A DNA stretch of 31,508 nt from IMG/VR virus record IMGVR_UViG_3300029258_002403. One strand, 5' to 3'. The notes below the pieces were generated by a model. It saw only the letters and a list, made by a program, of their open reading frames with translations, was not told where the DNA came from and did not search any database. The position numbers were made by a program, and so were the translations under genes. Below are positions 9,839 to 18,085 of this stretch, piece by piece; position 1 is the stretch's first letter; each line of letters begins with the position of its first letter. The stretch is from an uncultured virus (IMG/VR IMGVR_UViG_3300029258_002403) (lineage: Duplodnaviria; Heunggongvirae; Uroviricota; Caudoviricetes).

Positions 9839-11437
9839 TCAGCCCCAGATCCACACGCCACGGTCCAGAGACGCGATGTCCCGCCGCTTGGCGGCGACAC
9901 ACTCCTGGCGGACACGAGCGAGCAGGTCATTGTACCTCTCCTCCGGGATGATCTGGTCCACGATCTCCACCGCGGCGGCGGCGTCCATGGGACGCTCCCT
10001 GCGGAGGCGTTGGAGGGCCGCGGCCCGGAGGTCGAGAAGCTGGGCGCGGGCTTCCCCGTTGACCGCGATCTGGTCGAGGCGGGGAGCGGACTTGACCACC
10101 CGTTGGACGTACCGCCCCACCATGGTGGGCCCGGCGGCCGAGAAAAACTGCGGGGGCTTGCGGGATCGCTCCACCTCCGCGGTCCACACGTGGTCGAAGT
10201 ACACCCACGGGCTCACCCCCTCGGCACGCAGGATCCGCGCCCCTTCCGCGATCGACTCCAGGCGCTTCTTGCTCACCCGCCCCTGGTAGTCCTTGCCGGT
10301 CTTGCGGCGGTGGACCCCCTTCCACGCCACGAGCATGGCGTCGGCCAACTCCTGCTCGTCCCCACCGTGGCAGTTCTCGGCGCCGGGGAGGCGCGGGGGA
10401 GGCAGCCGGGTGTACCCGGGCACGTCGTCCAGGAGACGGGAGCGGATCGCGGCCTCCACCTCGGGGGGCATCCGCCACGGACCCGGGGCGCGAGCCCCTA
10501 CCTGTCCGTGGAGTGTGGCGCCCCGGGCACGGCCATCTTCGCCCCGGAGGTACCGGACGTGGCTCCCCTCCGGGGGCGCCGCGGCCTGGTCCCGCGCCGA
10601 GAACCGGGCAAGGACGCCTGCCGCGGTCCCGGGGGTGGGGTCCGGGGTGGGGACGGGTTGCACCTCCTCGTCTTGCGCATCGAGGCCCGTGTTGGGATCG
10701 GGAACAGGGGTGGGGGCAGCGCCCCCACGCTCCGCGCGAAGCGCGGAGCTATCCCCCACACCCCCTTTCTTAATTTCTTCTTTCTTAACTGGCTGGGTAA
10801 CACCCTTGGGAACACCCTTGGGAACACCCTTGGGAACACCCTTCCCCTGCGGCGTAACTCCTTGATCTTCCTGCGGATCCGCGACCGCGGGAACACCCTT
10901 GGGAACACCCTTGGGAACACCCTTGGGAACACCCTTGGGAACACCCTTGGGAACACCCTTGGGAACACCCTCCCCGGCCTCCAGGAACTCCCTGAACCCG
11001 GGCCACTTGTCGGCGTAGTGGGCCAGGAACGCGTCGCGCAGGACCGAGCCGCGCGCCTGGTCGGCAAGGCGGAGGATCCACTTGGCGCGGTTGTCCCTGG
11101 CGCCCACGTTGTCCCCGATCTGCCACCGGGCCATCTCCACCACCCACACCAGGCCAGCGTCCTGGTCCCGGCGGATGAAGCCGATCGCCTCCAGGCGGTC
11201 CAGGGCGGCGGACACCATGTCGGGGCGGATTCCAGTGTCCCGCGACACCGTCTCCGGCCACACCTGATACAGGCCGATGGAGGTGCTGTGCGGGCTCGTG
11301 ATCAGGTACAGGCCGATCGTGAGGACCACCGGCCCTCCCTCCCGCATCTGGCGGCCAGTCGGCCCCGTCCAGAACGACGGGGACACCACCCGCTGGGACT
11401 TGGTGTCGGACCCCTGCGGACGCTTGCGGCGCGGCAT
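9839..11437 (-). CDS. Phage replication initiator protein with internal iteron array
   Basis: Start ATG 11437; N-terminal SFWTG..LYLITSPH..GLYQV..SRDTG..ALDRLEAIGFI winged-helix initiator pattern; directly upstream of helicase and primase; contains 12-bp repeats. Confidence 0.75.
   Translation of the reverse strand: MPRRKRPQGSDTKSQRVVSPSFWTGPTGRQMREGGPVVLTIGLYLITSPHSTSIGLYQVWPETVSRDTGIRPDMVSAALDRLEAIGFIRRDQDAGLVWVVEMARWQIGDNVGARDNRAKWILRLADQARGSVLRDAFLAHYADKWPGFREFLEAGEGVPKGVPKGVPKGVPKGVPKGVPKGVPAVADPQEDQGVTPQGKGVPKGVPKGVPKGVTQPVKKEEIKKGGVGDSSALRAERGGAAPTPVPDPNTGLDAQDEEVQPVPTPDPTPGTAAGVLARFSARDQAAAPPEGSHVRYLRGEDGRARGATLHGQVGARAPGPWRMPPEVEAAIRSRLLDDVPGYTRLPPPRLPGAENCHGGDEQELADAMLVAWKGVHRRKTGKDYQGRVSKKRLESIAEGARILRAEGVSPWVYFDHVWTAEVERSRKPPQFFSAAGPTMVGRYVQRVVKSAPRLDQIAVNGEARAQLLDLRAAALQRLRRERPMDAAAAVEIVDQIIPEERYNDLLARVRQECVAAKRRDIASLDRGVWIWG
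10796..10843. repeat. Tandem 12-bp repeat, 3 perfect copies plus 1 variant GGTAACACCCTT (iteron block 2)
   Basis: Read directly; abuts the AT-rich tract at 10766-10790. Confidence 0.95.
10889..10971. repeat. Tandem 12-bp repeat GGGAACACCCTT, 6 perfect copies plus 1 near-complete copy (iteron block 1)
   Basis: Read directly; no synonymous variation among the perfect copies; encodes GVPK repeats. Confidence 0.97.
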
Positions 11438-11441
11438 CGGC

Positions 11442-11687
11442 CTACCCCTTGGCACCCTTGAGCTTGCCCTGCTCCTCCTGGAGGTGGTCCAGGACCAGGG
11501 GGAGCCCCAACTCCAGCGCCAGCTTGAGCACGTGGCTCTGCCGGACCCGGATCGGGTTCACGTCCCCTTGGACCCGTAGGTCGTTTTTCATGGCCGCGAT
11601 GACCACCTTGTCCGCGATCTTGCGGCTCTTGGTGCTCACGCGGACGGACACGTGCTGGTCGTCTTCGGCGTGGATCGGTTTCGGCAT
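11442..11687 (-). CDS. Small DNA-binding protein, ribbon-helix-helix-like (81 aa)
   Basis: HVSVRVS alternating strand, a helix, then QSHVLKLALELGL helix; GAGG RBS; first gene of the replication block. Confidence 0.55.
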   Translation of the reverse strand: MPKPIHAEDDQHVSVRVSTKSRKIADKVVIAAMKNDLRVQGDVNPIRVRQSHVLKLALELGLPLVLDHLQEEQGKLKGAKG

Positions 11688-11722
11688 CGTCTACCTCTTG
11701 CGCGGCGATGGGTGGCCCCAAC

Positions 11723-11755
11723 AAAAAGACCCCCGGCGCGGGATTGCGCCGGGGG
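11723..11755 (-). terminator. Intrinsic terminator
   Basis: 10-bp stem CCCCCGGCGC/GCGCCGGGGG, 6-nt loop, followed by TCTTTTT on the minus strand. Confidence 0.75.
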
Positions 11756-11805
11756 CCACAGACCGAGCGGGCCACCACAACCCGCAGTGTTTCGTCTACA
11801 CCTCG

Positions 11806-11816
11806 GTGAAAATAAC
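11806..11816. promoter_or_regulatory. Partial copy of the operator motif (GTGAAAATAAC)
   Basis: Same 11-mer as at 16254-16264 and, reverse-complemented, at 19547-19557; intergenic. Confidence 0.55.
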
Positions 11817-11878
11817 TGATCCTTTGCGGATCACAAGGGGTTTCTCCGCGGAGAACCCCGTGGAACGGCGCCGCAGGG

Positions 11879-13366
11879 TCACTTCTCGGGCCACAGCCCC
11901 CGGTCCACCACGCAGGAGTACCCCTCCCGCTGGTACGCCGCGATCCGCGCCTTGGCATGGCCGTTGAGCATGTCGGTCCCCTTGTCCCCGAACTCCCACA
12001 CGGTCACGCGCTTCTTGTCGGTGGTGACGCGCATACCGCGGCCGGTCTGCTGGAGGGTGTCGATCACGCTCTTGCCTCCCTGGGCGTTGATCACGGTGCG
12101 CAGTTCGGGCACGTCCACCCCCTCGGTGAATACCTTGGTGGCCACGATGAAGTCCAGGCGGCCGCGGCGGAGGTCGTCACACGCGTTCTTGCGGCTGCTG
12201 GTGTTGGTGGACCCGCTCACGAACCGCACCGCGTACCCGGCGCGTTCGATCATCCGTGTCACGCGGCGACCGTGGTCCAGGCTCCGAACGAACACCATGC
12301 CGGGGGTCTCCCCCTTGTCCATGGCGTACCGCACCGCGGCCATGACCGCCCCGTTGCGGTGGGCGCTCTCCACCACGAGGGTCTGGTACAGGGTCGGCCA
12401 GTCCCCGTAGTGCTGGGGCGCCGCGGGGCGCTGGTACACCGGGACCACCCGGACGGTGGGAACGGCGAGCACCCCGCGCTCCTGGAGGGGTTTGGCGCGG
12501 ATCCGGTACACGATCGGCCCCAGGGCCCCCAGGGCCACCATGCTCCGCTTGTCCGATCGGTCCAGAGGGGTCCCGCTCAGCCCCAAGCGCCACCGGGCGT
12601 TGGTGAACCCCTGGATGGTGCGGAGGAACGTCTGCGCCGGGGCAGTGTGGGCCTCATCGATCACCAGGCCCACGGTCCCCTTGACCAGGGCGCGCCACTT
12701 GGGGCTCCCCTTGTGGGCGTACAGACTTTGGAGGGTGGCGCACGTCAGGCGGGGACCCACCTTCCACTCCCCCTCCCCGATCCACCCGGCGGGAGGCTCC
12801 CCCTGGGGCACCGCCAGGCTGTTCCACCGCTCCCGCACGTCCTGGGCCAGATGGCCCCGGTGAACGGCGAACACCCACTGGCCGGGGATCACGTAGGGGA
12901 CCGCCGCGGCGATCCGCCCCTTGCCGCTCGCCGTGGGGGCCCAGATGATCCCCCGCCCCGGCAGGGGGGCCTGGACGAGGTTGGAACTGGCGCCGCCGTC
13001 CAGGAACGCCTGGATGGCGTCCCCCTGATAGTCCCGGTTGCCGTCCATGTTCCATGGAGGGAGGGACAGCTCTGCGAGCCGGTCAGCGTCGAAGTCCATG
13101 GCGCCGCGGCTGTCCACCACGTCCACCCGGATCCCCTGGCCGCTCGCCCCGATCTGGACGATGGGGAGGAGGCCCGTGGGGAAGGCCGGCCCACCACCCC
13201 GCCGCTTGCGGGTCATCTTGACCCGGCCGTCGCCGCGGGCGTACCCGGCCCTGGCGCGGATCTCCGCCTTGGTGTCCTTGAAGGACAGGAACGCGTCGAG
13301 CCAGTCCTGCTCGGCTTCGGTGGCGGTGGTGACCACCGTCCACGAGTTCTCCACACGCACCAGCAT
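11879..13366 (-). CDS. Superfamily 2 DNA helicase (UvsW/XPB-like, DEAH)
   Basis: Start refined to ATG 13366 (TGATG overlap); RDYQ, APTASGKG, IDEAH, GLSGTP, FTEGVDVP, QQTGRGMR. Confidence 0.9.
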   Translation of the reverse strand: MLVRVENSWTVVTTATEAEQDWLDAFLSFKDTKAEIRARAGYARGDGRVKMTRKRRGGGPAFPTGLLPIVQIGASGQGIRVDVVDSRGAMDFDADRLAELSLPPWNMDGNRDYQGDAIQAFLDGGASSNLVQAPLPGRGIIWAPTASGKGRIAAAVPYVIPGQWVFAVHRGHLAQDVRERWNSLAVPQGEPPAGWIGEGEWKVGPRLTCATLQSLYAHKGSPKWRALVKGTVGLVIDEAHTAPAQTFLRTIQGFTNARWRLGLSGTPLDRSDKRSMVALGALGPIVYRIRAKPLQERGVLAVPTVRVVPVYQRPAAPQHYGDWPTLYQTLVVESAHRNGAVMAAVRYAMDKGETPGMVFVRSLDHGRRVTRMIERAGYAVRFVSGSTNTSSRKNACDDLRRGRLDFIVATKVFTEGVDVPELRTVINAQGGKSVIDTLQQTGRGMRVTTDKKRVTVWEFGDKGTDMLNGHAKARIAAYQREGYSCVVDRGLWPEK

Positions 13367-13965
13367 CAGAACGCCAGCTCCGGGTCGTCGTCCTCGGTGA
13401 GCATGTGCGCCGCCGCCACGTTGTCGGCCGCGATGCGGAGGTCGTCCACCTCGTTGCCCCACACGTCCCACCCGTCCCGGGGAGCGCGGGCGAACATTTC
13501 CAGGCGGGGGCCGGGACTCACCCCTTGGATCGCGGCGTACGCCTCGTCCGGCTTGGCCGAGTGGGCGGCCCGGGGGGCCAGGAACGCGGACGGCACCTTC
13601 CGCGTCACCGCGGGGAGGCGGCCCCGCACCCCGAACAGGCACAGTTCGTGGGCGCCGCGGAGGTACTGGCCCAGGCCGATCCGCACTGTCCCGTCCGCCT
13701 TGGTCTTGGTCCACACCATGTTGGTGACGTACCTGAACCCCAGGGCCTGCATGACGTGGAGGCCGTCCGCCAGGAAGTTGTTGGTCACCCACAGCCACAA
13801 GTGCGCGTCGTCGGCGGGGCGCCACGCGTGCGCGGACAGCATCACCTGGATGATCTGGGGGGTGGATAGGAGGGGGTAGTGCCGGTCGGCGCCCCGCTTG
13901 ATCTTTCCGCCGCCGCGCTCGGCCCACGGGGGGTCGGCGGCGATGCACGCGTACTGGTCAGCCAT
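13366..13965 (-). CDS. MT-A70 family N6-adenine methyltransferase
   Basis: IAADPPW, HYPLL, LWLWVTN, GFRYVTNMVWTK, HSAKPD, LEMFAR. Confidence 0.92.
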   Translation of the reverse strand: MADQYACIAADPPWAERGGGKIKRGADRHYPLLSTPQIIQVMLSAHAWRPADDAHLWLWVTNNFLADGLHVMQALGFRYVTNMVWTKTKADGTVRIGLGQYLRGAHELCLFGVRGRLPAVTRKVPSAFLAPRAAHSAKPDEAYAAIQGVSPGPRLEMFARAPRDGWDVWGNEVDDLRIAADNVAAAHMLTEDDDPELAF

Positions 13966-14635
13966 CCCCCAGACCTAGCGCCGCCCGGAGGCCTTTGGCC
14001 AAGTCTCGGTTCCCCTTGCCCCCCGCGCGGCGAAGGGCCTTCTTGGCGGCCTTCAACTCCGCCGCGGAGTCCAAGGGGATCTCCAGCATGAATACCGCCG
14101 CCTCGGGCTGGGCGTCGGCGGGATCCGGCGCGTCCATCCCGTCCCCCAGGAGGTCGTTGGGGTTGATCGGGCTTTGGGCGGCTAGGAGGCCGTCCACCTC
14201 CGCCTCGGTGAACCCGGACAGGGCAAGGTCCAGGTCCGGCACAAGCTCGCTCAACTCCGCGAGTGTCTCCCCCACGGCCACCAAGTCCAACTCCCCCCGG
14301 AGACGGTTCATCCCGATCTGGAGGAGGCGCGCTTTCTCCTCGGGGTAGTCCATGGGGAGGACCACCGCCGGAACGTGGGACAGGTTGGCGTCCCGGGCCG
14401 CGCGGCAGCGATGGACCCCGTCCACGATCTCGTACAGACGAGACGCGGGATCCCGCGCGTCGGCGGCGGAGCTTCCCGGAGGGAGGAGATCCCGCACCAG
14501 CACCGGCTGGAGGAACCCCTCCGCGCGGATCGCCCCCACGAGCAGTTCATACTCGTGGGGGCGCATGTCGTTGGGGTTCCGCGGCGGATCCGCCACGAGA
14601 GCTAGGTCGAGGGCAGGTTCAAGTCGAGGTGTCAC
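13958..14635 (-). CDS. ParB/Srx N-terminal domain protein
   Basis: RNPNDM, AIRAEGFLQPVLVR, YEIVDGVHRCRAA, MNRLRGE; GTG 14635 start is a best guess. Confidence 0.85.
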   Translation of the reverse strand: MTPRLEPALDLALVADPPRNPNDMRPHEYELLVGAIRAEGFLQPVLVRDLLPPGSSAADARDPASRLYEIVDGVHRCRAARDANLSHVPAVVLPMDYPEEKARLLQIGMNRLRGELDLVAVGETLAELSELVPDLDLALSGFTEAEVDGLLAAQSPINPNDLLGDGMDAPDPADAQPEAAVFMLEIPLDSAAELKAAKKALRRAGGKGNRDLAKGLRAALGLGDG

Positions 14636-15212
14636 GCAAGTCCTGGCGCAGGCGCACCGTGAGGATACCACGCAGGTCTTGGTACACGCGACGGGTGGCG
14701 GCCTGGTAGTCCTCCGGGGCACCGCCGAACGCGGCGGCCAGGTGGCGGGGGCCGATGTCTCCCCCGGACAGGACCGCGGCGGCCACCTCCGGCTGGTCGC
14801 GGGTCACCGCGGCCACGGCCTCCCGGGCCGCCTTGGCCATGCGGTAGGCGTCCAGGGCCACATCGGGGCGGAACACCGCCGCGGCGCAGCCGAGCAGTGC
14901 GGCGTCGGCCACTTCCCCGCTCGTCTTGCGGACGGCCGCGGCGGGGATGGTGTGTTCCTTGTTCCGGGGTCCCCGGACGGGGCACAGGGTGCGCCGGGCC
15001 TCGTTGGGCAGGCTCCGCTTGAGGATCCGGCTCATGTAGTGGACCAGCTTCCCCTTGGAGGGGTCGAACGTGGGCAGGCTCTCCAGCACGGTGAGCCAGG
15101 CGAACTGCCGTAGGTCTTCCGGGTCCATGTCGGACCAACGGCGCGACGTGGCGCGCACGGCCTGCTCGACCACGGGAGTGAGGGTGTCGTAGATGGTGGG
15201 TGATAGGTGCAT
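14619..15212 (-). CDS. Phage RNA polymerase sigma-factor-like protein
   Basis: Region-2 pattern DPEDLRQFAWLTVLESLPTFDPSKGKLVHYMSRIL; C-terminal HTH-like segment; GGAGG RBS. Confidence 0.75.
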   Translation of the reverse strand: MHLSPTIYDTLTPVVEQAVRATSRRWSDMDPEDLRQFAWLTVLESLPTFDPSKGKLVHYMSRILKRSLPNEARRTLCPVRGPRNKEHTIPAAAVRKTSGEVADAALLGCAAAVFRPDVALDAYRMAKAAREAVAAVTRDQPEVAAAVLSGGDIGPRHLAAAFGGAPEDYQAATRRVYQDLRGILTVRLRQDLRDTST

Positions 15213-15284
15213 CAGGGGCCTCCGCGAAGGGTCCAGAGCGAACGCAGGCCCGGTCGTGCCGGGCCCGCGGTCGGTCGGGGGGTC

Positions 15285-16178
15285 CTAGTCCTCGTCGTCC
15301 TCCAGGAGGGCCTGCGCCACGTTGTTCTTGGCCAGCTTGGCCTTGGCCTTCACCGAGTCCAGGGTGACCCCCAGCACCGCCTCGTACTCCGCGAGCTTGG
15401 CGGCAAGGGCCTCCATCTCCCGCTCCCGGGACCGGAGTCCCCGGCGGCCGGTCCCGTCCTGGAGGCTCTTGGCCACCTTGGCGAACCCCTCCTCCGCCTC
15501 GTTCTGGATGGCCTTGACGGCGGCCCGGATCGCGGTGGCCTGGGTGTGGACCGGCAGGTCGTAGAACTCGCACCCCGTCACCGAGGCAATGGCCTCCACC
15601 GCGGCGAGCCACAAGGCGCACCGGGGGGCGGGGATAAAGTAGAACCCCCCGGACTGGCGCAGGCGCACCGCCAGGCACAGAGGCACCAGGGTGGTGGCGA
15701 GCCAGGCGGAGATGTCCGTGCCCGTGAGCATCTCGCCGGCCCGGGTGAACTCGGCGGCAAGGGCCTTGGCCTTGGGGTGGGCGGCGTCGGAGAACTCCAG
15801 GGTGAGGGCCCCCTGGTCGTCCCGGCTGGCGCGTACCGCGAGCGCGGTGCCTCCCTTGGGGAACCCGTTGGCGTCCTGGCCCTCCGTCATGAGGGCGTAC
15901 CCCCCGCGGAACATCCCGGACTTCACGGGGCGCACCATCTGGTCGCGGTCGGCAACGGCCTCACACGCCCGGAACAGGCGGGGGGCCACCGTGGGAGCAC
16001 CCGGCAGTTTGTCCTCCGGGACCCCGGCGGCGGTGAGCACGTCGTGGACGCGGTCGAGCCCCACGGGGCCGCGGAGGTCCCACCATGCGGTGCGGCCGGC
16101 AATGGCGGCACCCTTGGTCTCCGGGGCGACGGTCAAGTCCTTGTGAGTCATGCGAGCGGTGGCAGTAGCGGTGTTCAT
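15285..16178 (-). CDS. DUF6744/DUF3150-like protein (297 aa)
   Basis: Start ATG 16178 with AAAGGA RBS; GRTAWWDL and LRQSGGFYFIP patterns plus coiled-coil C-terminus; family call from recall. Confidence 0.6.
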   Translation of the reverse strand: MNTATATARMTHKDLTVAPETKGAAIAGRTAWWDLRGPVGLDRVHDVLTAAGVPEDKLPGAPTVAPRLFRACEAVADRDQMVRPVKSGMFRGGYALMTEGQDANGFPKGGTALAVRASRDDQGALTLEFSDAAHPKAKALAAEFTRAGEMLTGTDISAWLATTLVPLCLAVRLRQSGGFYFIPAPRCALWLAAVEAIASVTGCEFYDLPVHTQATAIRAAVKAIQNEAEEGFAKVAKSLQDGTGRRGLRSREREMEALAAKLAEYEAVLGVTLDSVKAKAKLAKNNVAQALLEDDED

Positions 16179-16200
16179 CGGTCTGTCGTTTCCTTTCGTG

Positions 16201-16265
16201 CGGGGGGTCCACCCCCGGGTCACCATGGTGGACCGCTACCGTTTAGTTATCAAGTGAAAATAACT
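16201..16265 (-). promoter_or_regulatory. Promoter/operator cassette: AGTTAT-N9-ATAACT palindrome over TTGATA-17-CACCAT, then a 5' GC hairpin
   Basis: Palindrome at 16245-16265; layout matches the cassette at 19506-19567. Confidence 0.65.
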
Positions 16266-16662
16266 GTATCACCACGGGGTGCAGCACCCCCGTGCGGGCC
16301 CTTCTGCGAACCCCCTACGGGAGCACCCCGTGGCACCCCGCAAACGAGACGGCAGCGTACCCTTCCGAGCACCAGGGGCCCACCCCGGCCAGGAGTGGTG
16401 ATCTGGGGCAGATCACGAGGCCCCCGCAGGCTCCGCAGGCCCCCCGGCGCTGGCCCGGGTGGAGGGGTCCCACCTTCCCCTTCCGACTGGAGCGGGGCCC
16501 AGCACGCTGGAAATGGGGGTCTGCTGGAGCCTTGGCGGACAGCTACCGGCCCCACCCTCGTCCAGGACCGCACGTCCCCCGTGCGAGCCCCGGGGTGCCC
16601 GGGGGTCCACCGTGGGACCGGGAAGGGATGGGGCTCGCTCGACGGGGCGTGCTGGGGCACCA

Positions 16663-16699
16663 GACAAAGCGACCCCCGGGGGTCGATCCCCCGGGGGTC
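16663..16699 (-). terminator. Hairpin terminator after the VWA gene
   Basis: 12-bp stem GACCCCCGGGGG/CCCCCGGGGGTC with a 5-nt loop, then GCTTTGTC; about 26 nt after the stop codon. Confidence 0.6.
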
Positions 16700-16725
16700 C
16701 ATGGGCACCACACCCGCAGGCGGGA

Positions 16726-18054
16726 CTACGCCGCCCGCAACTTGGACTCGTTGATGTGGATGATCTCCCCCCAGGACACCGGGGCCCGGCCACCCTCCGT
16801 GATCACCCAGATCACCGCCACCCCCGGCGGCGCCGTTTCGGGGGCGGGGCCGAACCCGTCCGTGATCACCACCACGAGGTCGGGACGGGCCTTGGCCGGT
16901 TGTTCCATCACCTTGGCGAAGATCGGTCGGAAGTCCGTCCCCCCGCCGCCGCGGAGCATGGGAAGCACCTCCTGGATGGACTTGACGGTCTTGGGCTCAC
17001 CCTGGACCGCGGCGTCACACGCCAGGGTGGCCACCCGGCCCTTCCGGCGGCGGAGAACCGAGTCGATCTCGGAGGCGGCGCGGGTGAGGTCCCGGGCCGA
17101 CATCGAGCCGCTCGTGTCCACCGCGAACCACACGTCGCACACGTTGGTCTCCCTGGAGGGGAGGACCGGGGTCCGGGGATGGGCGCCCATGCACGACTGG
17201 CGGCGGTGGGGCCGGCGGTAGGAACGGCGCCCCCGTCCGGCCTTGGCCATCACCGCGGTCCCGGCCCGGTTGAGCACCTGCGTCCAGGGGACCACCGGGG
17301 GCTTGAGGGCCTGTTCCGCCCACCGGCGCATCGCACCGGGCACCGAACCGGGGTTGGACTTGGCGGCGTTGGCCGTCTCACGGGCCGCGTCCTCGGCGGC
17401 CTTCCGAAGCTCGTCCAGGGACCGTTCCCCGTCCGACCCACCGTTGGCACCGGCCTCCGGCTCCTCCGGCATGGCCTCACCGCCGGCACCGGAGCCGCAG
17501 TCGCCGTTACACGGGCCCTCCTGGCCGTTCCCGTCCTTGTCCGCGTCACCCCCCTGGTCGTTCTCGTAGTCGGGGAGGAGGTCGTAATACTCGTCCGCGG
17601 TCAGGCCGCCGGGCAGGGGGGCGCCGGTGGTCTTGTGTTTGAACTGCTCGGGGAACACGCCCACCGGGGGGAGCTTCCACCCCGCGTCCCGGAGGAGGCA
17701 GTTGATGAACAAGTCGGCGGCGATGTTCCAGCGGCGGGGTGTCCGGTTCCCCCGGCGGAGGAGGTGTTCCAGGATGATGTGGAGCACCTCATGGGCCAGG
17801 ACCCCGGCGATCGTGTCGGTCCCCCACTGGTCGGCCCACTGGACCGTGGTGGAGGGGTCGTGGAGGAGCTGTCCCCGGCTCGACACGGCGTAGGTGGCGA
17901 GCCCGGGGGCCTCCACCACGATCAACTTGCACAGGGCGTTGTACCAGTAGGGGGCGCGACCCCGGAAGATCGCGCGGGCAACGGACAGGACATCACGGGC
18001 CTTGCGGCGGATCGCGGGGTCCAGGGTGGCGGTGGTGATGGCGTCGGTGGTCAT
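16726..18054 (-). CDS. HExxH metallopeptidase-like + VWA domain protein (DUF2201-like)
   Basis: VLAHEVLH, WNIAADLFIN, TADEYY; MIDAS AVDTSGSM, GGGGTDF, VVITDG. Confidence 0.9.
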   Translation of the reverse strand: MTTDAITTATLDPAIRRKARDVLSVARAIFRGRAPYWYNALCKLIVVEAPGLATYAVSSRGQLLHDPSTTVQWADQWGTDTIAGVLAHEVLHIILEHLLRRGNRTPRRWNIAADLFINCLLRDAGWKLPPVGVFPEQFKHKTTGAPLPGGLTADEYYDLLPDYENDQGGDADKDGNGQEGPCNGDCGSGAGGEAMPEEPEAGANGGSDGERSLDELRKAAEDAARETANAAKSNPGSVPGAMRRWAEQALKPPVVPWTQVLNRAGTAVMAKAGRGRRSYRRPHRRQSCMGAHPRTPVLPSRETNVCDVWFAVDTSGSMSARDLTRAASEIDSVLRRRKGRVATLACDAAVQGEPKTVKSIQEVLPMLRGGGGTDFRPIFAKVMEQPAKARPDLVVVITDGFGPAPETAPPGVAVIWVITEGGRAPVSWGEIIHINESKLRAA

Positions 18055-18085
18055 GGGTCTGTTCCTTTCCTAGTCCGTGGTGGTC

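Larger units (their letters stand above)
10766..10971. promoter_or_regulatory. Putative replication origin (iterons + AT-rich unwinding element)
   Basis: TTTCTTAATTTCTTCTTTCTTAACT next to 11 iterons inside the initiator gene; same layout as the lambda origin within gene O. Confidence 0.7.

Noticed and set aside
10796..10971. 12-bp repeats as a CRISPR array
   Set aside because: Units are contiguous with no spacers, too short, in frame within a gene, and no cas genes are present
13367..13948. N-terminal extension of the helicase in the ORF track (689 aa)
   Set aside because: It overlaps the MT-A70 gene in another frame and is Arg/Pro/Gly noise; ATG 13366 with a TGATG overlap fits better, so no MTase-helicase fusion is claimed
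16250..16793. Minus-strand ORFs 16250-16711 and 16413-16793
   Set aside because: Low-complexity Pro/Gly/Arg translations that cross a terminator and operator or overlap the VWA gene; no RBS seen
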